The notes: generated by a model not told the origin, from the letters alone. A DNA stretch of 30,824 nucleotides from Cyanobacteriota bacterium (GCA_041174245.1 JBEDHF010000004.1:1-30824); one strand, 5' to 3'; positions 8,620 to 17,835 are shown, counted from the first letter of the stretch. A program made the numbers and translations.

Positions 8620-8985
8620 CTATGCCCAATGAAAAAGCACAATGACCTCAAAGGCGAGAACAGCGCACCAGGCCAAGATAGCAACAGCAACGGCAGCCGC
8701 TGCCATGTCCTTGATGCCGCCGATCACCTCAGAATGGCCAGACTCAATAACATCGCATAAGGATTCAATCACGGTATTGAAGATCTCGGCCATCAACACG
8801 AGAGCCGTGACCACCACCAAGAGGTCCACATGGATCCATTGGTGCTGCACCAGGGCGACGATGAGCAGTGGCACCGAAAGAGCAACCTTGTAAGCAACCG
8901 CAAAATCGGTGACAATCGCACGTTTCAGCCCTAGCAACGCCACCCTAGCCTTCAGGAATGGATCAAACCGCTTCGTCCTGATCAT
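8620..8985 (-). CDS. dgkA: Prokaryotic diacylglycerol kinase (DgkA family)
   Basis: LVLMAEIFNTVIESLCD...IGGIKDMAAAAVAVA is the E-xx-NT-xxE...KD-xxx-AV signature. Three TM helices. ATG 8985 gives 121 aa, the typical length. Confidence 0.88.
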   Translation of the reverse strand: MIRTKRFDPFLKARVALLGLKRAIVTDFAVAYKVALSVPLLIVALVQHQWIHVDLLVVVTALVLMAEIFNTVIESLCDVIESGHSEVIGGIKDMAAAAVAVAILAWCAVLAFEVIVLFHWA

Positions 8986-9814
8986 GGGCGAAACGATGGT
9001 AGAGAAAGTCGAGGGCCTGGTTACGAAGCTCGTAATAGCGAGGATCCTCCATGATGTCCTCACGATTACGAGGACGGGAAAAATCAACCTCGAGAATCTC
9101 ACCGATCGAAGCAGATGGACCATTGGTCATCATCACGATTCGATCGGCAAGAAACAGGGCTTCATCGATATCATGGGTGATCATCAGAACCGTACACTTC
9201 TGGGTATTCCAGATCTGCAGCAGCTCCTCCTGAAGCTCCTCTTTGGTGATCGCATCGAGAGCGCCAAAGGGTTCATCCAGAATCAGCACCTCCGGACGAA
9301 TCGCCAAAGCACGGGCGATGGCCACCCGCTGCTTCATGCCACCAGAGAGTTGGGTAATGAGCTTGTCAGCCGCTGCCGTGAGGCCAACAAGTTCCAGGTG
9401 CTCCATCGCGATCTCACGCTTCTCGCGCTCGCTCAACTGTGGCTTGACAGAATCAATAGCCAGGTGAACATTGTCATAAGCGGACAGCCAGGGGAGCAGG
9501 GCATAGCCCTGAAACACAACCATCCGATCGGGACCCGGCCTCAGAATCGGTTGGCCGTGAAGCAACACGTCACCCGATGTCGGCTTCGCGAAACCCGACA
9601 CCATATTCAGAAGCGTGCTCTTGCCACAACCGGAATGACCGATCACACAAATGAATTCTCCTGTTTGAACCTCAAGATTAATACCCTCAAGGACAGGATA
9701 CGGACCTGAGGGAGTCGCATAGGCCATCCCGAGTTGATTGAAACGCAATAACGGTTGAGATTCGGGAGCACGGTGAGTTTGATCGCCAGGAGCGTGGGTG
9801 GAAAGAAGATTCAT
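8963..9814 (-). CDS. cmpD: Bicarbonate ABC transporter BCT1 ATP-binding subunit CmpD
   Basis: GHSGCGKST, LSGGMKQRVAIARAL, LDEPFGALD and THDIDEA motifs. It is the last ABC gene of the cmp operon. Start moved to ATG 9814 (MNLLSTH). Confidence 0.88.
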   Translation of the reverse strand: MNLLSTHAPGDQTHRAPESQPLLRFNQLGMAYATPSGPYPVLEGINLEVQTGEFICVIGHSGCGKSTLLNMVSGFAKPTSGDVLLHGQPILRPGPDRMVVFQGYALLPWLSAYDNVHLAIDSVKPQLSEREKREIAMEHLELVGLTAAADKLITQLSGGMKQRVAIARALAIRPEVLILDEPFGALDAITKEELQEELLQIWNTQKCTVLMITHDIDEALFLADRIVMMTNGPSASIGEILEVDFSRPRNREDIMEDPRYYELRNQALDFLYHRFAHDQDEAV

Positions 9815-9927
9815 CGTTTCAGTGAGGGGAGTTGACAAGGGTGTGAGGTCATCAATAGGATGAAAAGGTCTGAGACAGACATCAGCAGCGGGCGCTCCAT
9901 CCAGAGAACACCGCCAGAGAACTGGCG

Positions 9928-11931
9928 TCAAGTGATGAGCGCTCGAGCCGGAGGCATGGCGATTTCGGCAATACTGAAATCCTGATGGATGGAGAGTTCA
10001 TTGAGGTAACGAATCGGATCGTCACTGTTAAAGGGTCGTCCATCAAACAGTTCAATAGGACCACGCTGATAGCTGATGTCCTCGAATCCGAGTTCGCGAA
10101 CTGCGGTGCTGAACACACTGACATTGCAGATCCGCTCAAGAATCTCGACGTAATTCCGAGGGAAGGGAATCTCAGCCCAACGGGCCAGCTGGGTCAGAAT
10201 CCAAAGGTGCTCAGAACGGCTGGGACGATTAATCCCGGGACCAAAGAACTGGTGATGGGGTAAAGCATGGGGATTCCCTTGCACTGCGCGCTCACTCCCA
10301 GATCCGGCCCCGAAGCTGATCATCTCCTTCTTCATGCCCAGATAGCGGCGATCAGAGAGGAGTTCAGCCATCTCCTCCCAATGGGAAGGATCAGCGCAGA
10401 ACTGACAGGCCTCAAGCAAAGCCTTGGTGAGAGCGATGTGGGTGTTCGGATAGGCCAGGGCCCAGTCTTCACGCACGCCGAGCACCTTGCCGGGATGGCC
10501 ATTCCAGATTTCCAGATCACCGACAATCGAAACACCATGGCCATCCAGGCTGGCGCGAAGATTCCAGGGTTCACCGATGCAGTAACCATCGATCGAACCG
10601 TCCTTGAGGTCGGCCAGCATCTGCGCCGGAGGGATGGTCTGCAGGTGAACATCCTTGTCCGGGTCGATACCACTTGCGGCCAGCCAGTAACGCAGGAGCA
10701 AGTTGTGCATCGACGCAGGATGGACGATGCCGAGGGTGTGAGGTTCGCGGTCATGGCTCTGAAGCCAACCGCGGTACTCCTCAATGGAGTGCACACCCTG
10801 ATCGGCCAACCGTCTGGCGAGGGTGACCTGATTGCCATTGCGACTGATCGTCAACGCTGAAACAATTGGCGTTGGATCACCGCCATGCCCGCCCGCCGTC
10901 ATCCAGGCGGGCATACCGGAGGGCATCAGCGCCGCATCGAGGGTGCCGTCGAGGAAGCCATCGGTGACCCCTCGCCAGCTGGTTTCACGCACGAGCTGCA
11001 CGGAATCCAGGCCATGGCGAGCAAACAGCCCTTTGGCTTCAGCGATGGCCAGCGGGGCACAGGCCGCCAGGGGAACGAAGCCAAGATCAAGGTTCACCTT
11101 TTCCAGACCATGACGAGCCAGCACCTTGTGGGGCTTGGCCTGCCATTGCTTCACCCGCTTCTGGCGGTTAAGGAAGTAGATGATCTCAGAACGAAGGCTG
11201 TAGTAGCTGGGGTGATGCACCACCTCCAGGCGCTGACGGGGCCGGGGAATATCGACCTCAAGAATGCCACCGATCCTGGAGCCGGGACCATTGGTGAGCA
11301 TCACGATGCGATCAGAGAGGAGCACAGCCTCATCAACATCGTGGGTGACCATCACGGCCGTGAGCTGATGCTCATTGCAGATCTGCATCAGCTTTTCCTG
11401 CAAATTGCCCCGGGTAAGGGCATCAAGCGCTCCAAACGGCTCATCGAGAAGGAGCAGTTTCGGCTTGATCGCCAGGGCACGGGCGATGGCGACGCGCTGC
11501 CGCATGCCTCCCGAGAGCTGCAAGGGCGGCTTATCGGCGGCATGGGCAAGACCGACCATGGCGATGTGCTCATCAACCACAGCGTCGCGCTCAACCCGGG
11601 AAAGATCAGGTAGGACTTCGTCCACAGCCAGACCAATGTTCTCGCGCACCGTCAGCCAAGGCAGCAGCGAGTAGTTCTGGAACACCACCATCTTGTCAGG
11701 ACCAGGGCGACGGATTGTTTCACCGTCCAACAGCACGGTGCCATCGCTGGGAAGGTCCAGTCCTGCCAACATGTTGAGCAAGGTGCTCTTGCCACAACCT
11801 GAGTGGCCAATCAGCGAAATGAATTCACCCTTGCGAATCTCAAGATCAATTCCCTTGAGAGCGAGGTAAGTGCCGCCTGTCGTCAGAGAAAATGTCTTGG
11901 CAACATCCTGAACAGCAACGAGGGAGGTCAT
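9928..11931 (-). CDS. cmpC: BCT1 ATP-binding/regulatory subunit CmpC (ABC domain plus C-terminal NrtA/CmpA-like domain)
   Basis: N-terminal ABC domain, then ARHGLEKVNLDLGFVPL...RETSWRG...HPASMHNLLLRYWLAA. 667 aa, closely resembling the S. elongatus CmpC sequence as recalled. Confidence 0.92.
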   Translation of the reverse strand: MTSLVAVQDVAKTFSLTTGGTYLALKGIDLEIRKGEFISLIGHSGCGKSTLLNMLAGLDLPSDGTVLLDGETIRRPGPDKMVVFQNYSLLPWLTVRENIGLAVDEVLPDLSRVERDAVVDEHIAMVGLAHAADKPPLQLSGGMRQRVAIARALAIKPKLLLLDEPFGALDALTRGNLQEKLMQICNEHQLTAVMVTHDVDEAVLLSDRIVMLTNGPGSRIGGILEVDIPRPRQRLEVVHHPSYYSLRSEIIYFLNRQKRVKQWQAKPHKVLARHGLEKVNLDLGFVPLAACAPLAIAEAKGLFARHGLDSVQLVRETSWRGVTDGFLDGTLDAALMPSGMPAWMTAGGHGGDPTPIVSALTISRNGNQVTLARRLADQGVHSIEEYRGWLQSHDREPHTLGIVHPASMHNLLLRYWLAASGIDPDKDVHLQTIPPAQMLADLKDGSIDGYCIGEPWNLRASLDGHGVSIVGDLEIWNGHPGKVLGVREDWALAYPNTHIALTKALLEACQFCADPSHWEEMAELLSDRRYLGMKKEMISFGAGSGSERAVQGNPHALPHHQFFGPGINRPSRSEHLWILTQLARWAEIPFPRNYVEILERICNVSVFSTAVRELGFEDISYQRGPIELFDGRPFNSDDPIRYLNELSIHQDFSIAEIAMPPARALIT

Positions 11932-11961
11932 CGAAGAAAAAAGCAGAGGAACAACACCGAG

Positions 11962-12132
11962 TCAAGAGGCGCGATTAGCCAGCCAGAAGAACAGGAACAT
12001 CGCCACCATGAACAAGTAACGACCGACAAGAAAACGAATCACATTGAGACGACGACTGAAGAATGCCTCGATGGAAGCACCGATCACCTGATAGATCGCC
12101 AAAACATTCCGCAAGGGGCCTTGAGCGATCAT
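11962..12132 (-). CDS. 56-aa hydrophobic ORF MIAQGPLRNVLAIYQVIGASIEAFFSRRLNVIRFLVGRYLFMVAMFLFFWLANRAS inside the cmp operon (not in the ORF track)
   Basis: Translated manually. The ATG begins 2 nt after the cmpB TGA, the stop is at 11962-11964, and the ORF fills the 203-nt cmpB-cmpC gap on the operon strand. Confidence 0.6.
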   Translation of the reverse strand: MIAQGPLRNVLAIYQVIGASIEAFFSRRLNVIRFLVGRYLFMVAMFLFFWLANRAS

Positions 12133-12134
12133 GA

Positions 12135-12995
12135 TCAACGTCCCGAAGCAATGCGGGCCTGCAGCCAGGTCATCAGTCGATCAAGAATCAGACCAATGGC
12201 ACCGATCCAGATCACACCAAGAACGATGTCCGAGACATAGCTGTTCTGGTAGGCATCCCAGATGAAGAAACCAATGCCGGGGGTGCCGGGCATCACGATT
12301 TCAGCCGCGATGATCGCCAGCCAGGCCAGGCCGATGGAGATGCGCAGGCCGGTAAAGATGTAAGGCAGAGCAGAAGGGATCAGAACTTTAGTGAAGAAGC
12401 GACGATTGGACATCTGCAACACCAATGCGACGTTCCGGTAGTCCTGGGGAATCTGGCGCACACCTTCTGCTGTATTGATCAGAATCGGCCAGATGGAGGT
12501 GATAAAGATCACAAAAATTGCAGCCGGTTGATTGTTCTGGAACAGCACCAGGGCAATCGGCACCCATGCCAGCGGAGCAACCATCCGCAGGAACTGGAAA
12601 AGAGGATCAAAAGCCCTGTTCAACCCTTTGTTCAGACCAACTGCAACGCCAACAGCGATGCCGACGACAGCAGCCAGGGAATAACCGAGGGCGACTCGAC
12701 TGAGACTGCTCATGGCGTGAAGGAACAGCCCCTTGTCAAGACCGCCGCGGTCAAAGAAGGGATAGAACAGCAGGTCGCGCGTGCGCTCTTCGGTGAACAA
12801 GCTCAGCGGACCAGCAAGTTTCGTCAGGCCAAGACTGGCGCTGAGCTGCCAGAAGAGCAGAAAACCAGCAATGCCCAGAATCGGGGGCACAATCGTTTTG
12901 CGAGAGTTTTTCCACCAAAGAGCCAGGCCGGTCGGAGCCAGGCGCTGGTCGGACTTGGCGCTTGAGTTCGTGCTTGGGATGGTGCTATTGGTCAT
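12135..12995 (-). CDS. cmpB: BCT1 permease CmpB
   Basis: NrtB/CmpB-type permease with PLAWVPIAL, IWPILINTAEGV and LPYIFTGLRI. The C-terminal IGFFIWDAYQ motif is CmpB-like. Confidence 0.9.
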   Translation of the reverse strand: MTNSTIPSTNSSAKSDQRLAPTGLALWWKNSRKTIVPPILGIAGFLLFWQLSASLGLTKLAGPLSLFTEERTRDLLFYPFFDRGGLDKGLFLHAMSSLSRVALGYSLAAVVGIAVGVAVGLNKGLNRAFDPLFQFLRMVAPLAWVPIALVLFQNNQPAAIFVIFITSIWPILINTAEGVRQIPQDYRNVALVLQMSNRRFFTKVLIPSALPYIFTGLRISIGLAWLAIIAAEIVMPGTPGIGFFIWDAYQNSYVSDIVLGVIWIGAIGLILDRLMTWLQARIASGR

Positions 12996-13108
12996 CAGTC
13001 AGAGTCCTGGAACGGAATGAAAAAGAAGGGATAAATCTTGAATTCAGACAGCCTTGACGATGGCTTGGCATGCCCGGCGCAGCCCTGAGTTGCTGTGGGC
13101 TCCTGCGA

Positions 13109-14449
13109 TCATTTCTTGATCGTCAGGGAATTGAGATAAGCCTGAGGATTTTCAGGGTCATAAACAACGCCGTCAAAGAAGATTTCCTTGCCTCGGCTGG
13201 AGCCGTTGGGAATCTCCTGGGCAGGCACACCAACCGCCTGGGCAGCCTGGCGCCAAAGGTCTTCGCGCACCGAGCGCTCATTGATCGCTTTCACCTGATC
13301 GATCGTGTCAACCGTGCCCGGGAAGAACTTCCAGCGGATGGATTCCAGCAGGAACCATTGCGTCAGGCTCTTGTAGGGGTAGGAAATGACACCGCGATCG
13401 CTGCTCCAATAGAGCGGAGCCATGGATGGATTGGTTTGAGGAGTGCCGGCGGCACCGATCTTGTACTGCCCTTTCAGGGCTTCCTGGAGCACCGGCAGAG
13501 GCACGTTGTACCACTTGCGGGAGCTGAGAATCCTGGCGGCTTTGTCCTTATTTTCGGGCTTGTCGAGCCAACGCTGGGCTTCAATCAGGCCCTTGAGCAA
13601 GGCAACGGTGGCCTTCGGATTCCGGTTCACCCAATCGGAACGAATGGCGAGGTATTCCTCAGGATGAACCTTCCAGATCTGGGCGGTGGTGGCCGCCAGA
13701 TAACCAACCTTGTCTGTGGCAATCCGCGATGGCCAGGGATCACCCGTGGAAAAGGCTTCCATCGTGCCATTCTTCATGCCCTGAAGGGTTTCAGGGGCAG
13801 GAACCTTGAGCAATTCCACCGCCTTGTCGGGATTCACCCCATTGGCGGCCAGCCAGTAGCGGATCCAGATCTCCTGGTTGGCCTTCGGGAAGGTGTAAGC
13901 GGCACGGAACCGGCGGCCCTCTTTCTTGTTGAAGGCGTCAAAGAATCCAGGCGAGCTCTGGCGGAGATTGAGGCTCAGATTGGCTGGTCGGACGCTGTTG
14001 GCAGCTGCGATGCCATTCCCCTGACTCATCAGCATCGCCAGAATCGACATCGGCACTTTCTTGCCATTCGTGATCGCACCCTCGCCGATCATCTGGGGCA
14101 TCGGCAGCTGCCACTGGCCGCCATCGATACCACCACCAGCAGAGCCGAGGACGACGTTGTCGCGCGCGGCTCCCCAGCTGGCCTGCTTGAACAGCTTCAC
14201 ATCCAGACCATGGCGGGCAAAAAAGCCTTGCTCAACCCCAATCACCAGGGGCGCCGCTTCCAGGATCGGAATGTATCCGAGGCTGATGGTGTTGGTTTCC
14301 AAGCTCGGATCAACAACCAGCGCCGTAGCCGAGCCAGAACCACTGCCATTGCCGCTGCGATCCGGTGGGTTGCCAAGACATCCGGCCAAGACAACGGAGA
14401 GCGCGAGTGCACTGCCGCAAAGGGATCGAAAACGTCGACGACGTGTCAT
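13109..14449 (-). CDS. cmpA: BCT1 bicarbonate-binding lipoprotein CmpA
   Basis: Lipobox LAGC. The motifs LGYIPILEAAP, GIDGGQWQLPMP, FSTGDPWP and HPEEYLA match CmpA rather than NrtA (GAHILTPMP, HPEK). Start set at ATG 14449; the track gives 14473. Confidence 0.92.
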   Translation of the reverse strand: MTRRRRFRSLCGSALALSVVLAGCLGNPPDRSGNGSGSGSATALVVDPSLETNTISLGYIPILEAAPLVIGVEQGFFARHGLDVKLFKQASWGAARDNVVLGSAGGGIDGGQWQLPMPQMIGEGAITNGKKVPMSILAMLMSQGNGIAAANSVRPANLSLNLRQSSPGFFDAFNKKEGRRFRAAYTFPKANQEIWIRYWLAANGVNPDKAVELLKVPAPETLQGMKNGTMEAFSTGDPWPSRIATDKVGYLAATTAQIWKVHPEEYLAIRSDWVNRNPKATVALLKGLIEAQRWLDKPENKDKAARILSSRKWYNVPLPVLQEALKGQYKIGAAGTPQTNPSMAPLYWSSDRGVISYPYKSLTQWFLLESIRWKFFPGTVDTIDQVKAINERSVREDLWRQAAQAVGVPAQEIPNGSSRGKEIFFDGVVYDPENPQAYLNSLTIKK

Positions 14450-15348
14450 CAGAAAACAATCGATTGGGAACAAAAAATGACATCAGGATCGAACCAGTCC
14501 AATGCAGCGAACAGCAGCACCCAAAGGCGGGCAGTGCAGCGGCCAGGGGCAGAACAAATCCCTGAAATGGAAGCAAAATTAGGATCAATCCAGATACCGA
14601 GGCGATCAAAAGCAACGGCCAGAGATGACCTCAGTCATGCGAGGAAGTCGTTGCAGAACAATCCGATCAAACCGCACCAGAGCGCGAGCCGATGGATTCA
14701 TTCAGCAACCTGAAGCCGCAACTTGATTCGGGCGATCATCAGCAGCAGCCATGATCCACCAGTCGAACCCATTCAATTCCAGGCATCCATCCCTACCAAC
14801 CGCATCAGCGGTAGGCCTGGTAAGACTTGAGGAACGCATGGATCAAGCCGCGATCCAAGCGGATAGCGAACGCCACAGCGAAGCTGTGGCGCCGCCTGGA
14901 ACATCAGCCAATGAGGCGACGGAGAGCGACAAAAGCCTATTCAGGTCTGCAATAACAGCTCTGAATCAATCCGGCATCGAAAGATGCCAAGGGAATGGAA
15001 GCCGGAACGGAACACCAGAACTCCGGCTTCCAATCAACTCCGCGGGAGTTCACCGCTGCCGCCACGGCTGTGGCGACGACGCTGACCTCTTCGGCAGCGC
15101 CGGGAGCCACATCGCTGCCGCTGAGCGCTTTGGTGGGTGGATGACATCGTTCAGGGACTGGCGAAGAACGAGTGATCGACTTGCGATGGAGAAAGAGTAA
15201 GGAGGATCGACAGATGTTGGGTCACGATCCACCGCAGGATCGGCAATCCAGTCGATAAGCACTCTTAATCATCAACAGGATTCAGCCACGACCCAAGGTG
15301 CAGACTCTGGTTCTATGGTCCACGCGCCAGGACACCCTGCTGCAGACG

Positions 15349-16227
15349 ATGCCGTTCTCCAGCCCTTTGGAGCGCTATCGCGGTCGACGGTTGTGCCTCT
15401 CCAGTCAGCACCGCAAAGAGCAAGCCCTCGCCAGGCCCTTTCGGGCCGGACTGGGGATGATCCTGGTGACACCAGCCGGCCTCGATACGGACCGCTTCGG
15501 CAGTTTCTGCGGTGCACAGCCACGGCTGACGGATGCCCAACAAAGCTGCCGCCAGAAGACTGAAGCCGGCATGGAGCTGAGCGGACTGACGCTCGGACTT
15601 GGCAGCGAAGGCAGTTTCGGCCCCCATCCAGCCCTGCCGTGGCTGGCGGCCGGCAGCGAATGGCTGACGTTCATGGATCGCGAGGCTGCGCTGGTGATTG
15701 AGGAATCACGAATCAGTGCCAGGACCAATTTCAGTCATCTCGAAACGAAACCGGGTGCCGCCATCGACAGCTGGCTGCACCAGATCGGCTTCCCATCCCA
15801 TGCCGTGCTCGTCCGCCCCCAGCAACCCCCAGGCCTGAGCAGCGCAGCACCGGTGGCCAAGGGCATCCAACGCAGGGATCTCCTCGATCGGGCCATCCGC
15901 GACGCGGCCACACGATCGGCTGATGGCATGGCGCTGCTCGAAACCGACATGAGGGCCCACGTCAATCCCACCCGGATGCGGGCGATCCGGCAGCTCGGCA
16001 TTCAGCTCGTGCGTCGTCTTCGCCGCCCATGCCCTGCCTGTGGAGCCCCAGGCTGGGGGCTGATCGAGCGGCTGCCCGGATTGCCTTGCCGCTGGTGCGG
16101 CCAACCGACGGAACGGGTGGCCCTGGAGATCTTCGGTTGCGCCGCCTGTGACCACCAGCAGGAGCGTCCCCGCCCCGATGGTCTCCTGGCCGCCGATCCT
16201 GAGCACTGCCTGACCTGCAATCCCTGA
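15349..16227 (+). CDS. DUF6671-like protein with a C-terminal multi-Cys (four CxxC) putative Zn-binding region
   Basis: Motifs HRKEQAL, DTDRFGSF, GSEGSFGPHP, GFPSH and DMRAHVNPTRM, then CPAC, CRWC, CAAC and CLTC. Start at ATG 15349; the track gives 15298. Confidence 0.8.
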   Translation: MPFSSPLERYRGRRLCLSSQHRKEQALARPFRAGLGMILVTPAGLDTDRFGSFCGAQPRLTDAQQSCRQKTEAGMELSGLTLGLGSEGSFGPHPALPWLAAGSEWLTFMDREAALVIEESRISARTNFSHLETKPGAAIDSWLHQIGFPSHAVLVRPQQPPGLSSAAPVAKGIQRRDLLDRAIRDAATRSADGMALLETDMRAHVNPTRMRAIRQLGIQLVRRLRRPCPACGAPGWGLIERLPGLPCRWCGQPTERVALEIFGCAACDHQQERPRPDGLLAADPEHCLTCNP

Positions 16228-16249
16228 AGGCGTTGAGGCGAAGCCGACT

Positions 16250-17635
16250 TCAGTCCGCAGGCTCGCCTGGTGTCGCTTCCCGCTGCTCAAGACCGACCTC
16301 AACGCCGAGGTGCTGGTTGGGATGGCCGATCAACAGCAGGGCGCCGCGTTCGCGGTTGGCGATGCCCCAGAGCCATTTGGTGAGCAGGATGACGCGGTTC
16401 TCCATCACCGGCATGAAGGCCAGGTGGGCCAGCCCCCAGAGCAGCCAGCCGAGGGTGCCGCTGACCCGCACCCCCCGCAGATCGGCGACCGCATGCAGCG
16501 GTCCGAGCACCGCCATCGAACCGAAATCGAAGAAGCGGAACGGTCGCCGTTCGCGCCCCTCGATCGCCGCCACGATGTCCTGGGCCACCCAGGTGCCCAT
16601 CTGCACCGCCGGCCCTGCCATCCCTGGCAGGGGCTTGCCATCGATCGTGTGGCTGTAGGCGCAGAGGTCGCCGACCACCCGGATCTCGGGGTGGCCTGGC
16701 AAGGAAAAATCAGCCTGCACGGGCAGCCGGCCACCGCGATCGGTGGCGATGCCAAGGCGATCAGCCAGGAGTTTGCCGAGGTGTGAGGCGCGCACCCCGG
16801 CCGTCCAGGCGATCGTGGCCGCCTGCACCACCTCGCTGCCAGCGGCGGTGCCGACGGTGACCGCCCCCTCCTCGATCTGCTGAACGCGTCCACCCAGCAG
16901 CAGGCGAATGCCCACCGATTGCAGATAGGTCCCTGCCGCTGCCGAGAGGCTCGGATGCATCGCCCGCAGCACCCGATCGCCGGGATCGATCAGGGTGACG
17001 CTGGTATCGGCTGGATCGAGCTGCTTGAAATCGCGGTCGATGGCGTGCTGAATCAGCTCCATCGTCGAACCGGCCAGCTCGCAACCGGCCGGGCCGGCGC
17101 CAACGATCGCCACCGATTGCAGGAAGCGGCGCCGCTGCCGATCAGGGGTCTGCTCCGCCTCTTCCAGGGCCATCAAGACGCGCCGACGCAGTTCATCGGC
17201 GTGCTCGAGGATCTTCATCGGCGGCGCCAGCGACCGCCACTCTTCATGGCCGAAATAGGTGCTGCCCGAGCCGGTGGCCAGGATCAGATGGTCGTAGGCG
17301 TAGCGGCAGTGGTTGAAATGAATCTCCCGCGCCTCCACATCGATGTCATCCACCTCACCGAGCAACACCTGCACATTCGGGGCCTGACCGACCAGCTGCC
17401 GCAGCGGCCGGGCCACATCGCTTTCAGCCACCAGGCCCGTGGCCACCTGATACAGCAGGGGCTGGAAGAGATTGAAATTGCGCTTGTCGATCAGGGTCAC
17501 CCGCACGGGCTTGTTGATCAGGGCATGACACGCCTTGATGCCAGCGAAGCCACCCCCAACAATCACCACATGGGGAGCCTGACGGAGGCGCGCTTCCGGA
17601 GGCTCAAGCTCAAGGAAAAAGCGTTCTCTGGTCAT
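16250..17635 (-). CDS. ndh: Type II NADH:quinone oxidoreductase (NDH-2, Ndb family)
   Basis: Two Rossmann motifs (VVIVGGGFAG; AIVGAGPAGCELAG), FQPLLYQVATG, YDHLILATGS and WTAGV. Confidence 0.9.
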   Translation of the reverse strand: MTRERFFLELEPPEARLRQAPHVVIVGGGFAGIKACHALINKPVRVTLIDKRNFNLFQPLLYQVATGLVAESDVARPLRQLVGQAPNVQVLLGEVDDIDVEAREIHFNHCRYAYDHLILATGSGSTYFGHEEWRSLAPPMKILEHADELRRRVLMALEEAEQTPDRQRRRFLQSVAIVGAGPAGCELAGSTMELIQHAIDRDFKQLDPADTSVTLIDPGDRVLRAMHPSLSAAAGTYLQSVGIRLLLGGRVQQIEEGAVTVGTAAGSEVVQAATIAWTAGVRASHLGKLLADRLGIATDRGGRLPVQADFSLPGHPEIRVVGDLCAYSHTIDGKPLPGMAGPAVQMGTWVAQDIVAAIEGRERRPFRFFDFGSMAVLGPLHAVADLRGVRVSGTLGWLLWGLAHLAFMPVMENRVILLTKWLWGIANRERGALLLIGHPNQHLGVEVGLEQREATPGEPAD

Positions 17636-17835
17636 TCAGGATCCAGTGGCCTGCCGAAACGCTATCGACGTTGCACGGTTGTGCTGCGGTTCTGAGGAGT
17701 TGCTGCAGCTTTGCGGTGGCGATGACAACGACCACGACCTCTGCACCCTCCCTGCCGTTGGCCGTGCTTCTTGTCAGGCCAGGTTGTTGGCGGCCTCCAG
17801 TGCTGACGGCCTGGAGGCCAACGCACGGTCGCCGC

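Noticed and set aside
8986-9123. N-terminal extensions given by the ORF track for dgkA (also cmpD 9815-9931 and DUF2752 27280-27339)
   Set aside because: They overlap neighbouring genes extensively, and downstream starts give family-typical lengths.
13070-13105. Rho-independent terminator between cmpA and cmpB
   Set aside because: Only a short AGCCC/GGGCT stem with a long loop and no U-tract, which is too weak to call.
8963-14449. Calling the ABC operon nitrate/nitrite transporter nrtABCD or cyanate transporter cynABD
   Set aside because: The binding protein has CmpA-type GGQWQ.PMP and HPEE motifs rather than the NrtA GAHIL/HPEK motifs, and no nirA, narB or cynS gene is adjacent.
14751-15200. 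149-aa plus-strand ORF upstream of the DUF6671-like gene (and 14310-14615 on the minus strand)
   Set aside because: No recognisable motif and atypical composition. The minus-strand ORF overlaps cmpA out of frame. No LysR HTH remnant could be read.
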